DNA from: Felis catus
Lineage: Eukaryota
Length of the DNA: 64,000 nucleotides
NCBI RefSeq assembly: GCF_018350175.1
Contig: NC_058368.1
Location: forward strand, 135,658,001-135,722,000
Reading direction: 5' to 3'
Made by a program: the position numbers and the translations under genes. Below are positions 11,427 through 23,736 of the stretch, in pieces; positions within the stretch are counted from its first letter, which is position 1; each line of letters opens with the position of its first letter. The notes below the pieces were generated by a model. It made no database searches, was not told the origin of the DNA, and saw only the letters and a list, made by a program, of their open reading frames with translations.

Positions 11427-14400
11427 CGCAGAATCCGAAGCAGGCTCCAGGCTCCAAGCCATCCGCACAGAGCCCCTTGTGGGGCTCGAACCCATGAACC
11501 GCGAGATCATGACCTGAGACGAAGTCAGATGCCCAACCAACTCAGCCACCCAGGCGCCCTGTGTGTGTGGTGTCTTTATCTTGTTTTGGTATCAAGGTAA
11601 TGCTGGCCTTGTAGAATGTATTTCAGAGTTTTCCTATCACTTCTATCTTTTTAGAATAGTTTGAGGAGAATAGGTATTAACTCTTCTTTAAGTGTATGGT
11701 AGACTTCACCTTTGAATCAATCTAGTCCTAGACTTTTACTTTCTGGTGGTTTTTTGATTAGCAATTCAATTTTGTTATTGTAATTAGTCTGTTAAGACTA
11801 TTTAATTTCTTCCTTGTTCAGTTTTGGAAAATTGTGTGTTTCTAGGCATTAGTCGTTTCTTATAGATTGTTCAGTTCGTTGGTATATAATTTTTCATGGT
11901 ATACTTTTATAATCCTTTGTATTTCTATCGTGTCAATTGTTACTTTTCTTGATTCTGATATTATTTATTTGGGTCTTTCTCTTTTTTTATTGATGAGTCT
12001 GGGTAAGAGTTGTTCAATTTTGTTTATCTTTTCAAAGAACAAGTTCTTGGTCTCATGATTTTCTTTTTTCTGTTTTGTTCAGTTTTTCTTTAGTCTCTAT
12101 GTCATTTATTTATGGTCTGATCTGTAGTATTTCCTTTCTTCTACTTACCTTGGGTTTTGTTCTTTTTGTAGTCCCTTTTATGTGTAAGGTTAGATTGTTT
12201 ATTTGAGTCTTTTCTTGTTTCTTGAGGTTGGCCTGTATTACTGTATACTCCCCTCTTAGAAATGTTTTTGCTGTGTCACAAAGAATTAGGACCATTGTGT
12301 TTTCGTTTTCATTTGTCTCTGTATATTTTTTTATTTTTTCTTTTATTGCTTCACTGACCTACTGGTTGTTTAGTATCATGTTGTTTAGTGTCTTTGTGTC
12401 TGTATTTTTTCCAGTTTTTTTGTATTGTGATTTATTTCTAGTTTCATACCATTGTAGTCAAAAAAGATGCACAATATGATTTGAATCTTCAATTTATTGA
12501 GATTTGTTTTTTGACCTTATCTATGATCTCTTCTGGAGTACACTCCACGTGCACTTGAAAAGAATGTGTATTCTTTTGTTTTTTAATGGCATGTTCTATA
12601 TATGTTGTTTTGTCCCTCTCGTCCAACATGTCATTCAAAGGCATTGTCTCCTAATTGATTTTCTGTTTGGATAATGTATCCATTGATGTAAGTGTAGTGT
12701 TAAAGTCCCCTTACCATTATTGTATCACCATCAATTTCTCTTGTTGTGTCTGTTAATATTTCTTTATGTATTTAGGTGCTCCATTGTTGGGTTTGTAGAT
12801 ACTTAAAAATGTTATATCCTCTTGTTGGATTGATTGTTGGATTGATTCTGATTATGTAACGCCCTTCTTTCTCTCTTGTTACAGTCTTTGCTTTAATGTA
12901 TTTAAGTTTATTTTTATTTGAGAGAAAAGAGAAAGATAGTGTGAGTAGGGAAGGGGCAGAGAGAGGGAGAGAGAAATAATCTCAAGCAGGCTCTGCACTA
13001 TCAGCATAGAGCCTGACGTGGAGCTCAAACCCACCAAACAGTGAGGTCATGACCTGAGCTGAAGCCAAGAGATGGAGCATTCAAACAACTGAGCCACCCA
13101 GGTGCCCCGAGTCTTTGCTTTAAAGTCTTTTTTGAAGAAGAAAAAAAAAGTCAATTTTGTCTGGTATAAGTATTGCTACCTAGGTTCTTTTGGGGTGAGG
13201 GGAGGCTTCCATTTTCATAGTGAATGTTTTGCCATCCCTTCACTCTCAGTCTATATACATCTTTAGGTCTGAGGTGAGTCTCTTTTAAGGCAGGACATAG
13301 ATAGATCTTGTTTTTTTTTTTTTTTTTTAATCCATTCTGCCATTCTCTGTCTTTTGATTGAAACATTTAAGCCATTTACATTGAGAGTAGTTATTGATAA
13401 GTGTGTACTTATTGCCATTAAAAAAAAATTTTTTTTTGTTTATTTTGGGGGGGGGGGCAGAGTGCAAGCAGGGGAGGGGCAGAGAGAGAAGGAGACACAG
13501 AATCTGAAGAAGGCTCCAGGCTCCAAGCTGTCAGCACAGAGCCTGAGGCGGGGCACAAACCCACGAGCCACAAGATCATGACCTGAGCCAAAGTTGGATG
13601 CTCAACCGACAGAGCCAACCAGTCGCCCCTACTTATTGCCATTTGTAAAATGTGTTTTCTGGTGTGGTTGTAATTTTTCTGCAAAAGACCTTTCTTGCTC
13701 TCTTTCTTTGTAATCGGTGAGTGTAGTGTTTGGCTTCTTTCTCTTTATTTTTTGTGTATCTATCATAGATTTTGGGTTTGTGGCTACCATGAGGTTCCTA
13801 TATAACATCCAAATAAATAGCAGTCCATATTAATTTGATGTTCATTTAAATTCAAACATATTCTACAAAAAACAAAAACAAAACAAAAACCAGGAAACTG
13901 TGGAAGAAAAAATATTTTCCCCGTCTCTACCCTTTTTACTGTGTTTTCCACATTTTATATATATCTTGTCATATTTTATATCTTTTCATGTATCGTTTTC
14001 TTATATCTTATTTGGCCATTTCTTTTCTACTTAAGGAAGCTCCTTTAACATTTCTTGTAACACTGGTTTAGTGGTGATAACTTATTTATTTTTTGTTTTT
14101 TTTGGGAAACCCTATCTCTCCTTCAAATCTTAATGATAACCCTGCAAGTTTGTTAGTTTTTTCTTTTCAGCACTTTGAATATGTCATGCCACTTGTTTCT
14201 GGCCTGCAAAGTTTTTGCTGAAAAATCAGCTGATAGCTTCATAGGTTTTCCTTTATAGGTACTTTTTGTTTTTCTCCTGCTGCTTTTAATTCTCTCTTTA
14301 TCTTGTTAAAAAATGTTTATTTATTTTGAGAGAGAGAGAAAGAAAGAAAGCATGAACGGGGAGGGGCAGAGTGAGAGGGAGAAAGAGAATCTCAAGCAGG

Positions 14401-15510
14401 CTCTGCGCTGTCAGCACGGAGCCTGACATGGGGCTCAAACTCATGAGCTGTGAGATCATGATTTGAGCTGAAATCAAGAGTTGGACACTTAACTGACTGA
14501 GCCACCCAGGCATCCTCTCTTTATCTTTAACCTTTGATATTTTAATTAGTATGTGTCATGGTCTGGACCTCCCTGGGTTCATCTCGTTTGGAATTCTCTG
14601 TGCATCTAAACTTCTTTTCTCTTTTAGCTGTTCTGTTTGCATGCTTTCCATCACTGTGTCTTCCAGATCACTGATACATTCTTCTGTATACTTTAATCTG
14701 TTGATGGCCTCTAATGTGCTTTTTATTTAAGTTATTACATTTTTCAACTCTGATTGGTGCCTTTTAGTATTTTCTGTGCCTTTATTGAAAATCTCACTGA
14801 GTTCTTACACTCTTTTCTCCAGCCTGGTGAGTATCTTTATGATCATTACTTTAAATTCTTTTTCAGGCATATTGTTTATTTGTTTCATTGAGTTCTTTTT
14901 CCTTTTGGAGCATATTCCTCTGTTTCCCCATTTTGCTTGATTTTTTGTGTTTGTTTCTATGGATTAGGCAAATAAGCTACTTCTCCTAAACTTGAAGGAG
15001 TGCACTTGTGTATGGTGTCCCCAGTGCAGACTGTGTGGTTGGTGACTTTTGCCGGCTGGAGCTGGAGCTATGTATGCTAGTTTCTCTTCCAAATCGTAGC
15101 ACATGTCCATCTCTCTTCCTGCTGTCTTTTTGTTCTCTTTATTGTTGGTTTATTCAGTAGCTGTTCACTCAGCCCTTAGTTCTTCAAGAGGAATAGGGCA
15201 TTTAATGGATGTAACTTGATGGGGCACCTGGGTGGCTCAGTCAGTTAAGTGTCCAACTTCGGCTCAGGTCATGATCTCACAGTTCGTGAGTTTGAGCCCC
15301 CTGTCGGGCTCTGTGCTGACAGCTCAGAGCCTGGAGCCTGCTTCACATTCCGTGTCTCCCTTTCTCTGCCCCTCCCCCATTTATGCTCTGTCTGTCTCTC
15401 TCAAAAATAAATATTAAAATTTTTTTTAAAAAATAGATGTAATTTGGTGTGTTCTGTGGAGGAGTTGAGTTCAGTTTTTCTATGTTGTCATCTTGAACCA
15501 GAACTCTTTG
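7402..15510 (-). mobile_element. Degraded near full-length carnivore L1, antisense in CENPH intron 1, interrupted by about 12 CanSINEs
   Basis: L1 3' UTR near 7400-7900. ORF2 remnants at 8461-8721 ([20 protein letters not shown]), 9343-9636 ([13 protein letters not shown]) and endonuclease-like 13151-13366. ORF1-like sequence near 14030-14900. Confidence 0.88.
8728..8966 (-). mobile_element. Young SINEC_Fc-type CanSINE
   Basis: CpGs intact, near-identical to the other young copies, TSD ccaatagtt. Confidence 0.92.
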
Positions 15511-16186
15511 TGCCCACTTTTATTTTTCTTTTTCCTTTTTTTTTTAATTTTTAACAAACTTTTTAAATATTTATTTATTTCTGAAAGAGAGAAAGAGAGA
15601 CAGAGTGTGAGCAGGGGATGGGCAGAGAGAGAAGGAGACACAGAATCTGAAACATGCTCCAGGCTTTGAGCTGTCAGCACAGAGCCCAATGCAGGGCTTG
15701 AACCCATGAGCTATGAGATCATGACCTGAACCCAAGTTGAGGTTTAACTGACTGAGCCACCCAGGTGCCCCTATTTTTTACTTAAGTAAGCTTCGTGCCC
15801 AGCATGGAACCCAACATGGGGTTTGAACTCATGACCCCAAGATCAAGAGTTGGACACTTAACTGACTGAGCCATCCAGGTGCCCCTCTTCAGGCCCACTT
15901 TAAATAAATCAGGCAAAACTAGAAGACTTATTGCTGAGTTTATTTACATTCATTAAATGCATAAACTTCTGGAAAAAAATGAGTTGGTTTATCCTATATT
16001 AATGAATAAAACCTCAGTAAATATATGACCATCTGGGGCACCTGGCTAGCTCAGTCAATAGAGCATGTGACTCTTGATCTAGTGGTCATGAGTTCAAACT
16101 CCATATTGGGAGTAGAGTTTACTTAATTAAAAAAAAAAAATACACACACACATATATTACTTTCTCTTCTCTTTATCTGTTTTTAG

Positions 16187-16242
16187 GCTGAGAGCACAAA
16201 CTAAACAGCAACTCTTGGAATATAAGTCAATGCTTGATGCGA
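16187..16242 (+). CDS. CENPH: Centromere protein H, exon 2
   Basis: ttttag|G...GCGA|gtaagt. Translates to LRAQTKQQLLEYKSMLDA. Confidence 0.96.
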
Positions 16243-17909
16243 GTAAGTATTTTCATTTTCAAATAAGATTTTGTGAGCTTGATGATGAATAGTATTCTAG
16301 AGAAAAGAATATCAACTTTACAAAATATCAACTTTACTTGTTAGGGGTTCAGGAAATCGATTTTAAAAAGTAAGTAACAATGCTGGACAATTAAATCCTG
16401 TTGATCAGAGAATTGGGAAATTCCTGTTGGAAGGAGTCCTAGAACTTGCTACCATCAACAACTTGGAGATTAAATTAGCAGATGAGATGATTGCTAAGCA
16501 AGTGATCTAAGATCTATACTTTGAGAAACACTGGAATATAGAGATGAGAGGCAGAAGGGAGATCAGCTTAAAGACATGAATGACAAATTTTCAATTCTAA
16601 ACATTGAACAAATTTATTTATTTTTTTTTAATTTTATTTTTTAACGTTTATTTATTTTTGAGACAGAGAGCTTGAATGGGGGAGGGTAAAAGAGAGGGAG
16701 ACACAGAATCTGAAACAGGCTCCAGGCTCTGAGCTGTCAGCACAGAGCCCGACGACGCAGGGCTCGAACTCACGGACCGCGAGATCATGACCTGAGCCGA
16801 AGTCGGCTGCTTAACCAACTGAGCCACCCAGGCGCCCCAACATTGAACAAATTTAAAGTTATCTTTTAAAACCATTAATCCAGAAGTCTTAGGGAGCAAG
16901 AGATTACTAAAATAATGGTTTAGCTCTCCTGAAGTACTAACCATTCTTGCCACCTGATTTGTAAGCCCTTGGATTACAAAGATAGGTTTTGGTAAATCTT
17001 TCTTTCTCTGTGAAATGGGCTTAAGGAATAAAACCAATTGATACTTTAGGTTGAATCAAGAGTTTTGTTTATTTTTTTTTTTAATGTTTGTTTATTTTTG
17101 AAAGAGAGAGAGAGCATGAGCTGGAGAAGGCAGGGGGATGGGCAGAAAGACAGGGAGACAGAATCCGAAGTAGGCTCCAGGCTCTGAGCTGTCAGCACTG
17201 AGCCTGATATGGGGCCCGAACCCACGAACCACAAGATCGTGACCTGAGCCAAGTTCAGATGGTTAACCAGCTGAGACACCCAGAGGGCCTGAATCAAGAG
17301 TTTTGAAGGGGCACCTGGATGGCTCAGTCATTTAAGCTGCTGACTCTTGATTTCGGCTCAGATCATGATCTCACAGTTTTGTGAGTTCCAGCCCTGCATC
17401 GGGATATCAGCACAGAGCCCATTTGGGATTCTCCCTCTTTATCTCTCTATGTTTCTCTTTCTGCCCCTCTCTCTCTGCCGCTTTCTCTCTATGCCACTCA
17501 TGCTCTCTCTGTCTCTCTCTAATAAATAAACTTTTGAAAAATTTTAAGAAAAAAAAAGGAATTGTGGAAAACCTGAGGGACCACATAGATATCTTACTTC
17601 ACCTGAATACATGATTGAACTTAGGAACTTTTCAGACTCTGCTCAATTTGTTCTATAGGTCCATAGATCTGAAGGTAGTTCTCGTGTATTGTCTGTCTGA
17701 TATTCCAGGCTTTCTAAAAATATATTTTTTATTTATTTTGAGAGAGAGAGTGCGAGCAGGGGAGGGGCAGAGAGGGAGAGTGAATCCCAACCAGGCTGTG
17801 CATTGTCAGCGCAGAGCCTGGACATGAGGCTCGATCTTATGAACCACGAGGTCATGACCTGAGCCAGAGTCAGACACTTAACTGACTGAGCCACTCTGGC
17901 ACCCCCTTT

Positions 17910-19560
17910 AATTGTATTATTAGTGTTATTGGATTTGCAGTCTTTGTTTATAAATGCAGGTTTTCTTTTCATGTATCTACCTATACATATAGATTTATAT
18001 GTAGGAATCACTGTATCTATGTATATAACTAGCAAGTATTTTCTCCCAGTTTGTTGCTTGCCTTGTTTTTTAACTATCTTTTGAGGAACCAAAGGCATTA
18101 ATTTGATGCAGTGCTTTTTATCAAGTTATTTGGTCTTTTGTGGTGTATGATTTTCAGTCCTAAGAATCTGTGACCACTCCAAGGTCATAAAGATTTTCTC
18201 CTTTGTTTTGTTCTATGAGGCTTTGGGTTTTAGATTTAACATTCAGTTCTGTGGTCCTTTTTGAGTTAATTTTTTTTTGTATGGTGTGAGCTAAGAATCA
18301 AGATTCATTTTGTTTTTTTCCCCTACAGAAATCTAGTTTTTCTAGCCCCGTTTGTTCAAAGACTTTCCTTTCTCCATTATTTATGTGTAGGTTTATTTTG
18401 GGTTTCTTTTCTCTGTTCCCTTGAGGTATTTGTCTATGCTTACAATAATGCCACAGTATCTTCATTACTGTGGCTTTATAGTAAATCTTGATATCACTAC
18501 TGTAAGACTTCTAGTGTTGTTCTTCTTTATCAATATTGGTTTGACTATTCTAGGTCCTTTGTGTGTCTCTATGCATTTAAAAAAATTGTTTTGGGGGCGC
18601 CTGGGTAGCTCAGTCGGTTAAGCGACCGACTTCGGCTCAGGTCATGATCTCATGGTTTGTGAGTTCGGGCCCCACATCGGGCTCTGTGCTGCCAGCTCAG
18701 AGCCTGGAGCCTGCTTCTGATTCTGTGTCTCCCTCTCTCTCTGACCCTCCCCCACTCATGCTCTGTCTCTCTCTGCCTCAGAAATAAATAAACATTAAAA
18801 AAAAAAAACATTTAAAAAAAATTGTTTTTATTTATGTTTGAGAGAGAGACAGAGTGCAAGCAGGGGAGGAGCAGAGAGAGAGGTAGACACAGAATCCGAA
18901 GCAGGCTCCAGGCCCCAGGCTCCAAGCTGTCAGCACAGAGCCCGACGTGGGGCTTGAACTCACAAACCATGAGATCATGACCTGAGCTGAAGTTGGAGGC
19001 TCAACCGACAGAGCCACCCAGGTGCCCCTCTATATGCATTTTAAAATCAGCTTGTTGTTTTCTTTCTTTTTTTTTTTTTTAAGTTTATTTGTTTTGTGAG
19101 AAAAAGAGAGATTGTGAGCTGGGGAGGGGCAGAGACAGGGATAGAGAGAGAAGCCCAAGCAGACTCCAAACTGTTAGTGCAGAGCCTGATGCTTCCTGAA
19201 CCAAGCCAAAACCAAGAGTCAGATGCTTAACCAACCGAACCACCCAGGCATCCCCAGCTTAACAATTTCTACAGAAAAAAAAAAAAGTATTAGAATTTTG
19301 TTTGGGATTTGATTGGGCTCTATAGATCATACTGGGGAAATTGTATTAGCCATATTGATTCTTCTAATACCTATACGTAATGTATCTTTTCATTATTTTA
19401 AAGTGTTCATTGTAGAGCTCATGTACATATTTTGTTAAATTTATCCTTAAATATTTCATGTTTTTGAAAAAAATTTTGCAACTTAATTTTATCTTTTAAT
19501 TTCTAGTTGGTTGTTGCTAACAGATAGACATAGAGATGATTTTTTTGATATTGCATTGTT
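17910..19560 (-). mobile_element. Old L1M ORF2 fragment interrupted by SINEs
   Basis: T-rich antisense L1-like sequence, e.g. gtatggtgtgagctaagaatcaagattcatttt and cattactgtggctttatagtaaatcttga. Confidence 0.7.
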
Positions 19561-19604
19561 CATGTTAATATTTTACTCCTTTTTTTTCTCCATTCTAAAA
19601 CCGG

Positions 19605-20672
19605 CCTCTTCCATATGGTAACCGCTAGTCCATGTGACTATTGAGCACTTGAAATGTGATTAGTCCTTGAGAGGAGCTATAAATGTAAAATACAGAAAAA
19701 AAATTGTAAAATATTTCATTAGTAATTTTAAATTAGTTACATGTTGAAATGCTAATATTTTAGACCTATTGGGTTTAAATAAGTTATACTGAAATATTTT
19801 TACTTCATTTATAACATGGAAATGAGAAATTTAAAATTAAATTTAGGGAAATAGGGAGGGTGGTAAAAGAATAAGTTTTTGGGGGGCACCTGGGTGGCTC
19901 AGTCAGTTAAGCATCTGACTCTTGATCTGAAATTAGGTCCTGATCTCAGGGTCATGAGTTCAAGCTTCATGTTCATGAGTTCAAGTCCATGCCCAGCGTG
20001 AAGCCTACTTTTTTTTTTTAATTTTTATTTATTTTTTAAATTTACATCCAAGTTAGCATATAGTGCAACAATGATTTCAGGAGTAGATTCTTTAATGCTC
20101 CTTACCTATTTAGGCCATCCCCCCTTCCCACAACCCCTCCAGTAACCCTCTGTTCTCCATATTTAAGAGTCTCTTATGTTTGTGTCCCCCTCCCTGTTTT
20201 TTTATTATTTTTGATTCCCTTCCCTTATGGTCATCTGTTTTGTATCTTAAAATCCTTATATGAGTGAAGTCATACGATATTTTTCTTTCTTTCTTTGACT
20301 AATTTCTTCAGTATAATACCCTCTAGTTCCATCCACCTACTTGAGAATGTCAAGATTTCATTCTTTTTGATCACCAAGTAATACTCCATTGTATGTATGT
20401 GTATATATACATGTATATATGTATGCCACATCTTCTTTATCCATTCATCCATCGATGGACATTGGGCTCTTTCCATACTTTGGCTATTGTTGATAGCTCT
20501 GCTATAAACATTAGGGTGCATGCGCCCCTTCGAAACAGCATACCTGTATCCCTTGGATAAATACCTGTGAGTTGTATGGTAGTTCTATTTTAGCATGGAG
20601 CCTACTTTTAAAAAAAAATTAAATGTTTGGTTCGAGTCTCTGGCTTCCATTATATTTCTGTTGGACAGTACT
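19605..20672. mobile_element. MER33/MER3-like hAT element hosting a nested SINE and L1
   Basis: tatggtaaccgctagtccatgtgactattgagcacttgaaatgtg at the start and cattatatttctgttggacagtact at the end. Confidence 0.65.
20010..20591 (-). mobile_element. 5'-truncated felid-type L1 (about 580 bp)
   Basis: ORF2 C-terminal remnant (CPSMDEWIKKMW...WMELEGI) plus 3' UTR. Degenerate TSD agcRtgRagcctactttt. Confidence 0.85.
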
Positions 20673-20967
20673 TTTTTTGAAGAAGAAGAAGGGAGAGGGG
20701 CAGAGGGAGAGAGAGAGAGAGAATCTTTTTGTTTGTTCATTTGTTTAGAGAGAATGCAAGCAGAGGAGTGGGGCAGAGAGAGAGAAAATCCCAAGCAGGC
20801 TCCATGCTCAAGGTGGATGGAGCTCAATGCAGGGTTTGATCCCAGACCTTGGGATCATGAATTGAGCCTAAATCAAGAGTCAGATGCTTAACCAACTGAA
20901 CCACCAGATGTCCCTGGACAGCACTCTTCTAAACTGTTACTAACTTCAAAAAATTATTTATTTGTAG

Positions 20968-21016
20968 GTGAAGAAAAAACTCCAGAACAAATCATGCAAG
21001 ATAAGCAAATTGAAGC
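20968..21016 (+). CDS. CENPH: Centromere protein H, exon 3
   Basis: tttgtag|GT...GC|gtatgt. Translates to (S)EEKTPEQIMQDKQIE(A). Confidence 0.96.
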
Positions 21017-21033
21017 GTATGTCATATTTTTAA

Positions 21034-21069
<36 letters not shown>

Positions 21070-21647
21070 TAATTTTTATTTATTTATTTTGAGAGAGAGG
21101 GAGAGTGCAAGCAGGGGAGGGGCAGAGAGAGTGAAAGGGAGAGAGAGAGAATTCCACTCAGGCTCCATGCTGTTAGCATGGAGCCTGATGTGGGACTGGA
21201 TCCTGCAACCTGTGAGATCAGGACCTGAGCTGAAACCAAGAGTTGGAGGCTTAACCGACGGAGCTACCCAGGTGCCCCTCAATTTTGTGTTTTTTACTAA
21301 GATTTGATACTATTACCCATCTTACACCATTGTCTTCTTTTTCCTTTTCTTTATTTTTCCAAGTAATTTTTCATGCATGTACTGAGAAGTTGTTGATATA
21401 CGGTATGTTCTTACGTTACATTAGTGATCCCATTAGCACTTTTGGCATTCCCCCTTTACAACAGAATTAGTAAAGTATCTCAGAGGTATCTTTATCAAAT
21501 CTATAAATGCATCAATGTGGGGGTCTGTAGAATATTTTTATCAAGAGAGAGTCATTTTACTTTTTAAAAGGTTTGCTTTATATATTTATTCTAATGGGGA
21601 ATTTTTTTTATATTGCTGAAATTCTTTTGTTCATGCTTCTTTGATAG

Positions 21648-21722
21648 TAAAATTGAAGACCTGGAAAATGAAATTGAAGAGGTGAAAACTGCTTTTGAAA
21701 TAAAAAGGCTTGCATTACACAG
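21648..21722 (+). CDS. CENPH: Centromere protein H, exon 4
   Basis: ttgatag|T...AG|gtaatt. Translates to KIEDLENEIEEVKTAFEIKRLALH(R). Confidence 0.96.
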
Positions 21723-22611
21723 GTAATTATTAAATTTTTGGTATAAACATCGTGAACTGAATGCAAAATCGGTATGATTTGAGGTAGAGTTAATATTTTA
21801 ACTAGTCTAAGTGATTAATCAAGTGAAATGATCATCAGATAATGGTCACACAAATTTTGAGCCCTGAGAGAAAAGTTAACATCATTCATTAATACCTTCA
21901 TTAGAAGTAGTTATATAAGATTCAGTTAATAAGGAAATATCAGACAAGGAAGTAGAAGGGTGAGCTTAAATCCCATTCAATGTTTCAAAGGATTATTAGA
22001 TTCCATTACTGCGGTTAACTGTTAGTCAAGTAAAAGAATTGTCATCAAGTTTAAATAAATAAATATATATAATTTTTTTTTAATCTTTATTTTTTTGAGA
22101 GAAAGAACATGAGTGGGGTAGGGCAGAGAATAGACTGAGAATCCCAAGCAGCGCCTCTGACAGCACAGAGCCTGAAGTGGGGCTCAAACTCACAAACTGT
22201 GAGGTCATGACCTGAGACAAAAATCAAGAGTTGGATGCTTACCCGAGCCACCCAGGCGCTCCTAAGTATATTTTTCATATAGGTTTGCCTATATGAAAAT
22301 TCATTCATTCATTCATTCATTCATTCATTCATGTTTTAAAATTCATTCAACAAATATTTGAGTGCTTACTATGTCTTAAGCTTTATAGTAGGTGTTGGTA
22401 TACAGCTATGAATAAGGTAAATAAGCTATCTTATAGATTTGTGATCTGAATTAATAATTCCACTTAAATGAATGACTTTAAATTGTTTCCTTAGATTTGT
22501 GGCCTTCCCAGATGAATTTCTTATACATTTAATTGAAAAGTAGTTAAAGTCCTCTTAATCATTTCCAGCAGTGAACATTTTTCCCTCTTCTCAAGCTGGC
22601 TCATTGTATAG

Positions 22612-22615
<4 letters not shown>

Positions 22616-22662
<47 letters not shown>
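22616..22662. repeat. (AT)n microsatellite
   Basis: About 23 perfect TA units. Confidence 0.95.
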
Positions 22663-22666
<4 letters not shown>

Positions 22667-23350
22667 TTTTTTTTTTAAATTAGTTAGTTAATTTTAAGTA
22701 AGCTCTATGCCCTACATGGGACTTGCATTCATGACCCCAATTCAAGAGTGCATACTCCGCCCACTGAGCCAGCCATGTGCCCTAGATCATATTTTTCAAG
22801 ACGACTTCAGAACTATTAAGAGATCTTATTTTAATGAGTCAAATTTTTTTGTGTGACATACGTGAGGAAATGACCTAAATATTGCTAAGTTGATTGCATT
22901 TTCATTATTATTTATTTATTAACTGTTTGAATTTAAAAATAATTTATGGAGTTTGTTTGTATATAGGTGTATTTTAAAGTTTACGTTCAAGTATGGCTTT
23001 ATATTCCCTTTCTCCATTTCAGGCCTGTGCTAATCTCTGTGTTAATGCTTAATGCTTCCTGCTGGCCCCTCGCCAAGGTGAATGGCTGGGAGAGCAAACC
23101 TCAGGCTGATTTCAAGTGTCATCAGCCCCTCAGCATAGTAGTGCACAGCCCTAGCCATCTTGTCATTTTCATTTCTGTAACTTACTTGTCAAAGTATTTC
23201 CCTTACAGTAGTGTTTTAAAAACTACTTTGGTTTAGGTTACATTTAAAGGAAATCAGTCTTTAACTTGTAATATTTAATTTTTTTCTTTTCAATGTACCA
23301 CAAATGTTATCCATGTTTTATAATGCAAGCTTTTTTCCCTTGCATTATAG

Positions 23351-23407
23351 GATGCAACTTTCGGCTGCACTTAAAAAAAACCTGGAGAAAATTAACCCCC
23401 AGACTAG
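23351..23407 (+). CDS. CENPH: Centromere protein H, exon 5
   Basis: ttatag|G...AG|gtacgt. Translates to MQLSAALKKNLEKINPQT(S). Confidence 0.96.
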
Positions 23408-23516
23408 GTACGTTTGTTTTTTCGTCTGGATTTGTTAAGGATGAGAATAAGAAGGGACGTTGGCATAATGACTTTATTTTTGTGGAAAAAAATTTTTTTA
23501 ATAATTTTATTTATTT

Positions 23517-23736
23517 ATTTATTTATTTTTTTCAACATTTATTTATTTTTGGGACAGAGAGAGACAGAGCATGAACGGGCGAGGGGCAGAGAGAGAGGGA
23601 GACACAGAATCGGAAACAGGCTCCAGGCTCTGAGCCATCAGCCCAGAGCCCGACGCGGGGCTCGAACTCACGGACCGCGAGATAGTGACCTGGCTGAAGT
23701 CGGACGCTTAACCGACTGCGCCACCCAGGCGCCCCT
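23517..23736 (-). mobile_element. Young SINEC_Fc-type CanSINE inserted in the tail of an older SINE (which ends at 23932)
   Basis: CpG-intact copy with TSD attttatttattt. Confidence 0.9.

Noticed and set aside
16036..16140. tRNA-Lys-like gene (gctagctcagtc..tagagcat..gactct)
   Set aside because: The stems are degenerate, it has an A tail, and many similar copies are dispersed through the window. It is a tRNA-derived SINE, not a tRNA.
21017..21022. GTAT-starting donors (also 26636 and 49089) as possible U12 introns
   Set aside because: They read GTATGT rather than GTATCCTT, so they are ordinary U2 donors.
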